From Phoronis australis (Eukaryota > Animalia > Phoronida), in the NCBI GenBank assembly GCA_002633005.1, contig NMRA01000377.1, positions 188,031 to 252,030 on the forward strand: 64,000 bases of DNA, written 5' to 3'. This document shows, piece after piece, positions 52,445 through 64,000 of this stretch. A model generated the notes under the pieces. That model made no database searches. It was not told the origin of the DNA and saw only the letters and a program-made list of their open reading frames with translations. How positions within the stretch are numbered: the stretch's first letter is position 1; every line of letters begins with the position of its first letter. Both the position numbers and the translations under genes were made by a program.

Positions 52445-53193
52445 NNNNNNNNNNNNNNNNNNNNNNNNNNNNNNNNNNNNNNNNNNNNNNNNNNNNNNNN
52501 NNNNNNNNNNNNNNNNNNNNNNNNNNNNNNNNNNNNNNNNNNNNNNNNNNNNNNNNNNNNNNNNNNNNNNNNNNNNNNNNNNNNNNNNNNNNNNNNNNNN
52601 NNNNNNNNNNNNNNNNNNNNNNNNNNNNNNNNNNNNNNNNNNNNNNNNNNNNNNNNNNNNNNNNNNNNNNNNNNNNNNNNNNNNNNNNNNNNNNNNNNNN
52701 NNNNNNNNNNNNNNNNNNNNNNNNNNNNNNNNNNNNNNNNNNNNNNNNNNNNNNNNNNNNNNNNNNNNNNNNNNNNNNNNNNNNNNNNNNNNNNNNNNNN
52801 NNNNNNNNNNNNNNNNNNNNNNNNNNNNNNNNNNNNNNNNNNNNNNNNNNNNNNNNNNNNNNNNNNNNNNNNNNNNNNNNNNNNNNNNNNNNNNNNNNNN
52901 NNNNNNNNNNNNNNNNNNNNNNNNNNNNNNNNNNNNNNNNNNNNNNNNNNNNNNNNNNNNNNNNNNNNNNNNNNNNNNNNNNNNNNNNNNNNNNNNNNNN
53001 NNNNNNNNNNNNNNNNNNNNNNNNNNNNNNNNNNNNNNNNNNNNNNNNNNNNNNNNNNNNNNNNNNNNNNNNNNNNNNNNNNNNNNNNNNNNNNNNNNNN
53101 NNNNNNNNNNNNNNNNNNNNNNNNNNNNNNNNNNNNNNNNNNNNNNNNNNNNNNNNNNNNNNNNNNNNNNNNNNNNNNNNNNNNNNNNNNNNN
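52445..53193. other. Assembly gap, followed by a (GAGGGA)n tract to about 53256
   Basis: run of N. Confidence 0.99.
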
Positions 53194-54163
53194 GAGGGAG
53201 AGGGAGAGGGAGAGGGGGAGGGGGAGGGAGAGGGGGAGGGAGAGTGAGGGTGAGAGGAAAGAGTGGAGCGCAAAGCCTCAGGAACAACTCTACAAGAATC
53301 GCTTCGCCGTGATAATTGCATTAACAGCAATGCCATTTTAACTGGGAACGCATTCATAACAGGTAACAATTATGGCACCAAACTCCCGCGGCCATGTCAA
53401 AAAAAAGTGGCACCAATGTTAAAGAACAGCCTCTAAAGTAAACCTTTAAGGAGTGTCTAGGGACAGCTAAAAACTGCCAAGACAATTAGTGAAAACCTTG
53501 GAAAAGTGCAGTGGCGAGTGTCCCTGACATTTTAGATCCATAAACGTTTGAAATGCTTCCTCAGAAAAACATAGTTTGGTAGGGACGACAATGGTGGCAC
53601 CTCTTAGGGCTCAAATCAGTCATACTCACAGACAGGCAAGCAATAAAGCTGTACTCAGTGGGATGCCTGTTATCTGATTTCTCAGTCACTCACGCTCAGC
53701 CTGAGTCATATTTCAGTCTTCTCCCAACAGAAGAACCACAGGGGTCCATCGACTGTTGAAAACTTGTAATTCGCAATTGAAAAATAAATTTCTCAATTTT
53801 GTAATATTCAAATATATCGGTTTTTAGCAAATTGAAACATGGCAAGCATTTGACACTGGTCTGGCGGTATATAATTTATGTGATAGTTCTCATATATCTA
53901 CGCTTATTATTTTATTCAAAATTCATAGTTCAGTGAATTTGCCGCAAGCACTAAGAACTCATTTAAAATAAGGTTTTCTCATATAAATGAGCTTGGAAAA
54001 AAGATTATGTCTTCGCTGTCATGAATTGAAAACAAAATAACTGTTTGATTTCTGGCAATATTTTAAAGTCCCCGGCGGTGAAGCGCCAACTTTGAAAGCC
54101 ATTCATTTGTCAGAATTTAGACTAACACTGTTCTTGGCTTATTTTGTTTTATTATTGTGTTCG

Positions 54164-54792
54164 TGTTATTGATTGGCATGACCCCTGAGTTCAGTAAAGT
54201 GATGATGTAATTTGTTTACTACAGTACTAGTGTTGAACTTTCTAGAAGACTCTAGCATGACAGTAATTAATGCAGACTGGGATATTCTAGAGACTAGTAT
54301 ATGTTTATAGAATGATTGGGTGGATTCCAGAAAGTTCTAGAATGTGCTTGAATTGGTGTAAAGTTCTAGAACATTGCATGAGAATATAAATACCCAGGCA
54401 CGCGGGTTTGTAGTAGTCAGTTTTTAATTCAACAGTTTAGAATTAAACAGTTAAGCAGTTGAAAGGATTACAGTTGGGTTGCACTGAAGAAAATCAGCAG
54501 TTACAGCGACAGTCAACAGAGAGCCAGCTATAGACAGTAGGTTATTGAATCAACGAGTGTAACAGTTGCTGAAAGTGTCTCAGAAGTTCATTGACAAGCC
54601 GAGGCTTCGTAGCACTGGCTGGAGCGTAGAACAGACATTACGTCGGACGTTTTCTTTAAGTAGGATTGTGAACGTGCGATCGAGGTTAATAACGTTATAC
54701 TCGAACGGGCCTTCAGTCTATCGTCGGACCGAAAGCTATTAGCGCCAGTCGGTAATCACCTGCGCTCACCCACACACGGGGGAAACGTGACA
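54164..54792 (+). mobile_element. Solo-LTR-like segment with heat-shock elements and TATA box
   Basis: TGTTAT..GTGACA ends, HSEs at 54235-54247 and 54325-54342, TATAAATA at 54385; no TSD found. Confidence 0.5.
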
Positions 54793-57311
54793 TCATTAGA
54801 TTCCTATTTTGGAATGGAGCCCTATAATATAGTGTTTTGCGACCGAGTTACTCGGAGCTTTCGTAATTGCACATGACAAAAGAATGGAAGAAATGAAAGT
54901 TATTGATTGCTTTGATGAGCGGACTCGGAAGATTCACCGCCACTAATTGATCGTCATTTGGCTTGGCATGAATCAGTGTGACATTAACTTTGTGAAATAA
55001 CCACCATGGCCAAACTTAATCGGACTAGAATATTTGTGTTCTTGACGTCTCACCATCATATGACAAGTTGAGTCCAAGCTTGAATCCGTTGCATTTACTG
55101 TTTCATAATTTTATTATGCCGTGGATCACCATTTTTGGACAATCATCATGGCGATAAAAATAACAGAACCCTAACATGTAAAATGAACCTTGTTTTAGTA
55201 ATTTCATCCAAAGCTGGTGCATTCAGGGGCTATTGCGAGATGTACTCCCTCGAGTTTTATATCCGCGCTGTCTTCCCCACATTATAGGTGTTACTGTTGT
55301 GCTTCAAGTACAACATTACCACCGAAACGCCCTCTGTTAAGGATTATTGTTGAATTGCAAATCACCAAGTACCGCTGTTGTCTGCCACACAGTCGCTGAA
55401 ATCGAGGCCTGTTTGGTGTCTTGGCATCTATACACCTACATCTAGAGTTGGCGGATTTGGACCAGCAGCAGAGCATTCTCTGGTACTGCGGAACGTTGCT
55501 ACTAATTCGTGGGAAAAACGTTTTCTCGCCGAGAATGTCTGGCGGGCGGAACTGAAGCCGTAGTCACGCACGCAGTCATTTGTCTCCAAACTGTTGAATG
55601 TTGATTACGGTTCCAGATCGAGTAACGGTTTCGCCACAAAGGCATAAAGCTCCACCATGTGCTGGTATCAAAAACCAAGTCACGGTATTTGCCCCAACGT
55701 CATGCTGTAATTCTTACTCACTGCTTGAGGGTTGCACTAATAAAAAACTCTTTATTCCTTACAATCACCAATTCAGAACATCAAATGAGTTAGTCGACAG
55801 GTATCGCTAAAATATAAACACTTCATAAGTTTAAGCCCTGCTTGTGTTTACAAATTATTTTTTCAAAGTTTTTGTAGAATATGGGTGGGGTTTCCGTGGA
55901 ACCTCATTACACGTGGCAGCAGCTGAGTAAGTACCCATAATGCATGAGTCAGCTGACACTCACTACGGCGACTCTTTTAGGAGGTGATGTACCACCAAAA
56001 TAAAATTAAAAATATTTGAAGTCGTGTTGAATGAGCATTATTTGGGCTTGCGTTTCGACTGAACTAACTTGCGTTAAACTTGTTTTTGTGAATTTTTTTA
56101 ATAAAATGAAGCAATTAAGCGGATCAAACTATACCGCCGTGGCAAGCAAACATTACTGATGAGCCTTAGAGGTAAACCGTCAGTTCTTCTCAAGCCAAGA
56201 AATCATGCGTTACCTGAATAAGAAATGGAGGCCAATTTTACAACAGAAAGTGGACTAAATTGTATGTTTTTTTGACAGACTGATGTTAACATAACAAAAT
56301 TGAAGTAACTTTAGTCAATAGCAATCGACTGACAGACAAAATCATGGTTCAGTTTACTAGGCCAGTTTTTAAAAAGTTATACTTTGGAAACATACTGCAA
56401 AACATTCAACTGAGTAAGGCAAAAATTCTTAATTTAGGGCAATTTGACATTTCAATTCAGGAACAAGATAATTTAGAGCGCTTTATAAAAGAGTGTGCTG
56501 CTTCTTGCTTGACTCGCCCTGTTTACTGACGCCCATTGTGGCTTAATGCACACACGTGAAGTTCTAAAGTTTTCACTTTTAAAAGTTCATGCATGGATGC
56601 CCTGACGCCCAATCTTAATTCCTATAATCGAGAAAAGCGTCTGTGTCTTTGCACACGGCACAACGTACTGATTCAGAAATAAAGCGAGGCCTATGACCAT
56701 GCACGCTACTTCTTATACAGGGTCAGTCGTATCTTCACTGTTCACTGTATCTGGACACTATGAAAGAACGCACATCACGGGTTTTTAAACAAACATTTCA
56801 TGTTACACATGCCAATGGTTCTTGGGACTTATCAGTCTGAACTTGTAAATAAATGACACAGTCACACATCATATCCACCGAGGCACTAATTAAGTGGCGC
56901 TAAGTGGCACTTAGCGACACCTGTTGTCCAGTTTGCGTTATAATTGCCACCAACTTCTCAGTTGCATAAGATAGCGTTGAATAAAGGCGGGGTTTCCATG
57001 GAACCTCAATTTTGGAAGTGATCACGGCGAAGTGGCCGATATGTTAAAAGGAAAACTTAGAAATGCCGCTCATGGTCTCGGTGGTCAGAGCTGAGAAACA
57101 CTGCATCAAGGTTAGGCACCTGATACACCAATTCAGCCCCAAGGCCCTTGGCGCCTGCAGCCGTGTTTCTCGTTAAATATTGTTGGAAGTTTCACGCGTG
57201 TGGATGTTTCCTCGACCACTTCACACATGTGCAATAACCAGCAAGACCAGAGTTGGTTTGTTTTCAGCTAAAGAGCGAAGTTGGCCCATCGTATCAAGTA
57301 GAACGATGCCT

Positions 57312-57451
57312 GCCTCCCGTTCAGTAACGCTAGGACCTTGCTAAAAAGCAAGACTTCGCGAGATTACCTGAGATATTGCCTTGTATTTTAAATGAGAACA
57401 CGTGACTTCGACTAGGTTTTAGCTAGGTCCTAGCGTCTACTGAACGCACGC
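57312..57451 (-). mobile_element. GTTCAGTAA-TIR MITE, copy 4 (inverted)
   Basis: close to the reverse complement of copy 2. Confidence 0.85.
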
Positions 57452-58923
57452 CAGGTCACACTTACCCTCTGTTTCAGTGATTCACGGTTTATGCTGAGCG
57501 ATGAAAAAAAGATACTTGTTTCAATCAATTTATTTCAGTACTTAGGCCTGCGGCCCATATGCATTTGCAGGTTTAGAAAGGTATTAACAGCGCAGGCCAA
57601 AAAACAGAAGTATGACATCATTCGTCGCGATGCGTCTGAGCGCTAACCATCGGCCAGAGATGTCCGATAAATTCAGAAAAGCGGCTTTCCGTTCGGAACA
57701 ACAGAACTTTTGATAGAGACAACGTACCGCTATAAAATAAGTCTCTCTCTATTCTGTACTTGGATGAGAAGTGGTTTCAGGGTTGGCAAAGATCGGTTGC
57801 TCAAGACTCAGACACATGATACCGTGAAAATACAACTTAATTTAACGAACTGTCCATTCTTTCAAAGTCTTGTAATCACCTAGAATTTGACTAAGGAACA
57901 ATTTGAGACCAATTTCATAACAGCAAGTGGTATAAATCAAAATTTGTTTGTATGATGGAATGGGGGTTTTAAAAAACAACTTAACGTCACGTAACAATAA
58001 ATAGCTAAACAACTGGACAATATACACTAAAAATGTAAAAAGTCAAGAATCAAAATACTAATCAATTCAAACACAGTGCAAAACCAAATAACTTCAGATT
58101 TACAATCAAGTAACATCAACAGTTTGTTTTCACATCAAAACTTGATTCAGCCATTGTTAAGCTTTTTACAATTAAGCCCAGGATTTCTGGCAAAAAGTCA
58201 CAACCATCATAAAATTGTTCTTAATAATTCGTTCCTTAGTCAATTATGGGGTGACCTCAGTGAAGTTCTGCCAGCTTGATTTGAAGAATAAACAGACTGC
58301 CATTTCTTACAGCCAAGTCCAGAAATAACTTTCATATTCAGTAGTAGACACACAAACGCTTGTGTATACCCTGAAGATAAGGATGAGTGAGACCAACGAT
58401 AAATGGTCTAAATCAGACAGCACCAGATTGAAGGCTCTTTAGTAAGCACACATGCAATCAGTGGATGCAGGGGCCCAATCTTTTACTCGATGATCGAGCT
58501 CGAAACTATTTTTGTCATTTTCTGTTCTACGTTTTTTGAATGCAAGACAAGTGTTTGTAGTTTTGTTCTAAAGTACACTATAGTTGAGGCCAATGAGATT
58601 CCAGTTCAAGTTCGTACTTCAGGACCCCAAGATTCAAGAAAAAACTTGGGATTTTGATTAAAACATTTCCACGGTTTCAACAGGCTTGCACCTATGTTTT
58701 GTGATCGGCATGGTTTATTTCTCCACTGGACCATCTTAATACCTTGCTGAAGTTCTTGACCCACATCAAGTTGCTGAAGTCAGCATGTCAAAATGTTTTC
58801 TAAACGTACTCAATTCCTTGGAATATTCCTCTCTGAAATTCTGCTCAGGACATTTTGGCTCGATTCTATGGTGCAAAATTCCACAATACAAAGCCAAGTA
58901 CAGAACATGCCAAAAGTATACAA

Positions 58924-60250
58924 ACACAAGAGCAACGCGGAGCGTTGAAATGCGCCCACGAATGCATAGCAAATGGTGTGCTTTTAGGGTTGCTTATTTG
59001 TGTCATAAAAATGGCCACTAGACGGGGCAAAATCATACAATCCATCCTAAAACGGGAACACGTTATTGCTTCTTTAATAGAAAGCGATACACCAAATTTC
59101 ATAGAAATCCGTCACGGAACTTCAGAGAAACAAAGGAAAACAGAATAAAATGAAATTGCCACTAGAGGGCACAGTGTTAATTGGATCCGCCTGAAAGTCG
59201 CCACTGTTTGCTGTTAGCTTCATATAAATACACTTACAAAATTTAATAAAGATCCTAGAGTGGGTTTAAGAGATACAGCTATGGGCGAAAAACAAAACAA
59301 AACAAAACTACCACTAGGTGGCGCGAGAGTAGTCAAAGTCGTCATCATCAAGCGTCCTCTTAACACTGAGCACATACACGTCAATTTTCAAAACCATCCT
59401 TAGAATGATTTGGTTGATAGAGTTAGACACCAAAAAACAGACTCAAAAAGAGCAAAAATGGCAACTAGCTGGCAGAAAGTACCTTGATTCCATCCGAAAA
59501 CGAGAAGATAGCGTCATCTCACCAATAGATGCCTGTATTAAAAATTTTGTGAAAATCTGTTGAGGACCTTTGAAGATACAGAGGTGAAGGTAAAAAAAAA
59601 ATGCCACTAGGTGGCACACAAGTTGTGAGATCTGTCCGAAAATCGTCGTCATCCGTTGTCAACATCATATAAATGCACTTACAAATTTTAGTAAAAATGC
59701 TGCAAAACGGTTTAGGAGATGTAGCCATAGGCGCAAAAAAACTGCCACTAGGAGGCGCCACAGTAGTCGAAGTCGTCTGAAAATCATCGTCAACTGCCCT
59801 CTTCATAGTAAGAACATGCATGCCAATTTTCACAATAAAGCGGTTTGGTTGATAGAGGGTGGACGTCAAAAGCAGTAAAAATGGCCACTAAGTGGCGCAA
59901 ACTATGTCGAATCCATCCGAAAACGAGAGGATACTGTCGACTCACTAATAGATGCCTATATACCAAATTTTATGAAAAAACATTGAGGACCTTTGAAGAT
60001 ACAGAGGTAAACATAAAAAACTAAAATTGCCACTAGGGGGCACACCGGTAGTCAGATCCGTCCGAAAGTACGCTCATGCCGTCCCATCCATGAAAGGAAC
60101 ACCTGCAAAATTTCATGAACATACGTCAATTGGTTTTGGAGATAGAGCTACGGATGCCAGACGGACGCCGCCCGGACGGACGGACTGATGACCGGATGGA
60201 CGCAGATGACGGCATAATGCGTCCACATATAAATATGTGGGCGCATAAAA
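58924..60250. mobile_element. Non-autonomous Helentron/Helitron2-type (HINE/DINE-like) element with an internal 145-bp tandem array
   Basis: left hairpin CAACGC-GGA-GCGTTG plus subTIR ATGCGCCCAC; right end has a (GGAC)n-like tract, hairpin GCGTCCACATAT-AA-ATATGTGGGCGC containing the inverted subTIR, then an A-run. Confidence 0.8.
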
Positions 60251-60547
60251 ATCACCTGGAACCCACCTTGACGACTGGGTGAAGCTTAATTTATTGTCAA
60301 AGTAGTCTTCCTTATAACCAAGAAGGCGAATTAACAGAAAGGTGGCCAAGCCATTCTGCTAAAGTTTTGCAGACATGAATGCCATTACAAGTCATGTTTG
60401 CTGTTAACATAATTAGCAATCATGATGCGAAAAGGGTATTTTGGAGTCTTAATTACTTTGTCTGGTACTCTAAGTGTATTTTTCATTGGTCAGACATCGA
60501 CAAACCAACAATTAATAGACCAACCACAAAACGAGATAAGTCACTGA

Positions 60548-60627
60548 CAGGGGTCCCACATTTTGAGAACCAGTTTTCTCCACTGAATGACAGGCATCAA
60601 ATTAGTTCTCAAAACCCGTGACCCCTG
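60548..60627. mobile_element. 80-bp hairpin MITE (mariner-like); decayed copies near 20931-21002, 21188-21257, 22901-22977
   Basis: CAGGGGTC..GACCCCTG ends, TTTTGAGAAC/GTTCTCAAAA arms. Confidence 0.8.
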
Positions 60628-60960
60628 CAAGTGTATGCTAGTAGCAAACAACAGATGGCGCTAGTGTTAGGATCTTGCAACACCATCTTGTAATAAAAAT
60701 ATCGTCTGACGAACATCACGTGGTCTTTAATGCATCAAACTAGTGTGCTTATTAGGAATGTAATGTGATCAAGAATTTCAAACTAACAATGAAATAAATT
60801 ATGTAATATATTGGTACTCAGAATACATCTTATAGGTTCAATATTGCATTCTCCACTCTACCTCCTCGGCACTCAAATGTCGAATAAAATAAATAATTTT
60901 TGGTGGCACTTGGAAGAGAAATGAAGTTCCACAAGCGTCATTGACTTCCTCGACCTCCTA

Positions 60961-61157
60961 TCACCTCATCTTCATATCTGAGCTTAATTCCGTTTCAAAG
61001 TCTTTAACTTCCGCAGGATTTACGATATGCACATGGTCCGAAGCAACAAATGTCACATGACCTTCCCTAAACAGAGGCTCTTCAGTCTTGTACCATTCAT
61101 CCCAGTCGAACGTCGGAAAGAAAAATTGAGCTTCAACCATCGCCGATTCTTCAGAAT
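60961..61157 (-). CDS. NME6: NME6 last exon (DSEESAMVEAQFFFPTFDWDEWYKTEEPLFREG..MKMR*)
   Basis: gttacag acceptor completes HGSD; FFPxF..WY..EEP tail resembles NME6. Confidence 0.93.
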
Positions 61158-61416
61158 CTGTAACAAATACCCGTCTTCTTAACATACTATGGAACAAACA
61201 TGATCTGCTCAACAGTCACGAAATGAATTTGTATTCATGTTTTGCTTCAAAGAACTGGATGGGAAGCCATTTTTAGTGTCTGCTAATAGAGTGTAGCACG
61301 AGATAAAATGCCCTGCCATTATTAGATAGAGGCATTTCTTCACATTTATGAATTTACAATGTGCACTTTTCAATGTCAAATATGTTGTTTTGACAGTTTA
61401 CCTCTAAAACAATTAA

Positions 61417-62036
61417 GGTCATTGCCCTCCTTCGTTACCTAGAGTCACGTTTCCTCAGTATGTAAAACTACATATTTTTCGAATCCTTGATAATCAGGGA
61501 AGTCGATAATGTGAATGAAAGTGTTGCTTAAATGTTTGCAATCACGTGACCACGTTTTTTCGTAAAAATCACGATTTTCCATGGAGACCGCCATAACTTT
61601 CACAGGACTCATTTTCGGTTTGGTTGGTCTGTTAGCTACAAAAGGGTGCCCGGGATCTTGACTGTCAAAAATCAAGACCTCGACTTTCTGTGAAGTGAAA
61701 AGTTCAGAGGTCCTGATTTTGACAGCTCAGTTCTCAGGATTGAAGGCCTTAAAAAGATCCCAGACACCTTTTGTAACTAATAGACCAAATAAACAGAAAT
61801 AACTACCCCCCCAAGGAAGAAATGAGGCCTATGGAAACTATGGCCGTCTCCACGGAAAATCGTGAGTTTTTCCGAAAAAAAAAATGTGCTCACGCGATTG
61901 CAACGGTTATGTTCACATTATCGACTTCCCTGATTATCAAGAATTCGAAATACGTATGGTTTTTCATACTGACAATTCATATTTCAAAAGACATTAAAAG
62001 AAACGTGACCTTCGGCAAGGAAGGTAGGCAGTGACC
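61417..62036. mobile_element. Foldback MITE with TTAA TSD (Kolobok-like) in the last NME6 intron
   Basis: TTAA|GGTCATTGCC..GGCAGTGACC|TTAA; arms stay complementary almost to the centre. Confidence 0.88.
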
Positions 62037-62650
62037 TTAAATTTGCATATAATTAAGAAACAATTTTAATCGTAACTGGTGATTCTCAATAAATATGGAC
62101 TACCGTATTACTAACGAGTTAGCAGTGTTTCAGCCCAAGTAGAGCTGCAAACCTGCCAAACGCAGATTACCTACACGGCTTGACCTTGTATCCCATTCCA
62201 TTTATGCCCAAACAAGACAGTAAAGTTGTTTCTCGCGCCTGTTTTTTGAGAAACTGGGTTATTGTAGCAGACAGAATGTTTCTGGTAGTTCACTTTCAAA
62301 ATGCATCGGAGACAGGATTTTTTTGGTTATCGCCTGACAAATCGTGGCGTTCCAAATCTCGCTTACATGCTTTTGTGCAGCATTTCAAAAAAAACACGTG
62401 ACCTTGGCAGAGGGGTAGGGACCAGTTATGCTTTTTTGATCCAGCAACACTTCGCAGTGTTAACCACAAACCGCAGGCCTGTTGTTGATATAACCTGACA
62501 TGTACTAAGGTTTTGCATTACGTCATCTATGTATGTTGATACTGACTAATCTCACATAACAAAATCCTTAATATATGCACACCACTTTGTCATGCTATGG
62601 CCTGCTTTCCTTATGTACAGGAAGTGAACAGATCAATACAAAGACAGTAC

Positions 62651-62727
62651 CTGATCCATGTGTTGAGTTCCTGGTGTCGGTTAATCCGTACTTCCCCCGT
62701 ATTGTGTCTGGTGCAATGTGCTGACTC
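62651..62727 (-). CDS. NME6: NME6 penultimate exon (SQHIAPDTIRGKYGLTDTRNSTHGS)
   Basis: catalytic NxxHGSD motif with the NME6-type GLTDTRN, phase 2 to 1. Confidence 0.95.
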
Positions 62728-62940
62728 CTGCACAGAAAAAAGATAACAATTCCTAAAATTAGTAAAATAGTAAATTCACAACCGACAACTATGGATTCAC
62801 ATATCTGGACACTGACCAATGCTAAAACTGCCGTAAAACCCAATTTGCCTGGTGCCATAAACAACTTTGTTCTTGAGCGTTTTCGCTATTCTGCTGCAAT
62901 GCCATTGCATTCATATCGTTTGTTTGGCAATAGTCACTTA

Positions 62941-63020
62941 CAGAGGTCCAAAATTTTGCGACCCAGGTTGATGCCTCTTATACAGAGGAGAAAATCAATT
63001 CTCAAAATGTGGGAACCCTG
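62941..63020. mobile_element. 80-bp hairpin MITE with TA TSD in an NME6 intron
   Basis: TA|CAG..CTG|TA; inverted relative to the 60548 copy. Confidence 0.8.
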
Positions 63021-63240
63021 TATTAGTGACTATTACCATTTGTTTGAATCAAAATGCCTGAAATTCTCCCGATAGCCACACTGCTTTGATGGCTGAAACT
63101 GACACATCCTTTTCTGAAAGTGGAGAGCCTGTAGATTTTTTTGCCTATCTGACATTCATTCAGTCATGTGCCTATGTCCTTTTAGTAAAATTCAGTGAAA
63201 AGGAAAGGAAAGTATATTGAGAGAATATTAACCATTTTAA

Positions 63241-63319
63241 TAACATGATGAAACTTTACTTGATAAATAACATGATGAAACTTTACTTGATAAATAACAT
63301 GATGAAACTTCACTTGATA
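63241..63319. repeat. 27-bp tandem repeat, 3 copies
   Basis: TAACATGATGAAACTTTACTTGATAAA. Confidence 0.93.
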
Positions 63320-63617
63320 TAAATGTTGAAGACAAAATCTCAAAAATGCTGATCCACTTTATTACTAAAATTTCATTTTGTCTTTGTTTCATCCAACTTT
63401 AAAGCATTTTCATGAAAACCATAAAGGTCCTATCTTTGCACAGCCGCTCATGTAAAAGTGGCACATTTTGGATAACAGTGCATCAAGCATTATATCTGAA
63501 AGTTTTATATATGTCCTGAATACAATCAGCCATTTTTTGAGATATGATGTTCCAAAGTTAACCAATTTTGTAAATTTTTTAGGATCCTAAATAAGCTAAA
63601 CAACATTCTTTTCATAC

Positions 63618-63701
63618 CTGTAGACCTTAGTTGGCCCCATGAGAGTTCTCCACTCAGATATGGCATTGTGCCTCGCCAGCAGGTGAACACTGATTGGGCC
63701 G
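63618..63701 (-). CDS. NME6: NME6 internal exon (GPISVHLLARHNAISEWRTLMGPTKVY)
   Basis: NDPK WRxLMGPT motif, ttttctag acceptor, gtatga donor, phase 2-2. Confidence 0.92.
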
Positions 63702-63809
63702 CTAGAAAAAGAAAAAAGCAAGAATTGAAATAGTGAAGAGCCATCTGTTGTTTAAATCAAGCTGAAGGTCTTAAAACTTGTAATTTATTATAAAATGCTC
63801 AGCTTCATA

Positions 63810-64000
63810 ATAATTATACAACATACCAGGATTATGAGTGATAATATTACTATCATAATTATACAACATACCGGGATTATGAGTGATAATATTACTATCA
63901 TAATTATACATCATACTGGGATTATGAGTGATAATATTACTATCATAATTATACAACATACCGGGATTATGAGTGATAATATTACTATCATAATTATACA
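63810..64000. repeat. 45-bp tandem repeat, at least 4 copies, runs off the window edge
   Basis: ATAATTATACAACATACCGGGATTATGAGTGATAATATTACTATC. Confidence 0.95.

Noticed and set aside
52319-53369. Long ORFs of 276-330 aa in the ORF track
   Set aside because: They are artefacts of the N gap and the GAGGGA tract.
56156-56184. Hammerhead-like CTGATGAGCCTTAGAGGTAAAC
   Set aside because: The GAAA core is broken and no convincing stem I is present.
62595-62864. ORF resembling a signal-peptide or TM protein
   Set aside because: The hydrophobic part is intron sequence; only 62651-62727 is the NME6 exon.
63771-63959. ORF with 15-aa repeats
   Set aside because: Translation of an intronic 45-bp minisatellite.

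Overview
Repeat-rich, heterozygous draft assembly of an animal genome; gene content and repeat style suggest a marine invertebrate deuterostome (inference only). Manual splice reconstruction gives three genes. (1) A minus-strand RP1 (oxygen-regulated protein 1)-like gene with at least 18 phase-consistent coding exons from 26832 to 1548 and no stop reached. Its domain order is DCX-DCX-PLAT-PLAT-two FGF-like beta-trefoils-linker-PLAT-PLAT. (2) The last three exons of a minus-strand NME6 nucleoside-diphosphate kinase gene (63701-60961). (3) A candidate small plus-strand ORF with an MGCSTSK dual-acylation N-terminus (48206). The rest is MITEs, a decayed Penelope-like element, a Helentron-type non-autonomous element with 8 CTCF-consensus motifs at about 145 bp spacing, an LTR-like segment with heat-shock elements, minisatellites, and allelic duplications at N junctions. 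All calls come from reading the sequence by eye; no searches were run.
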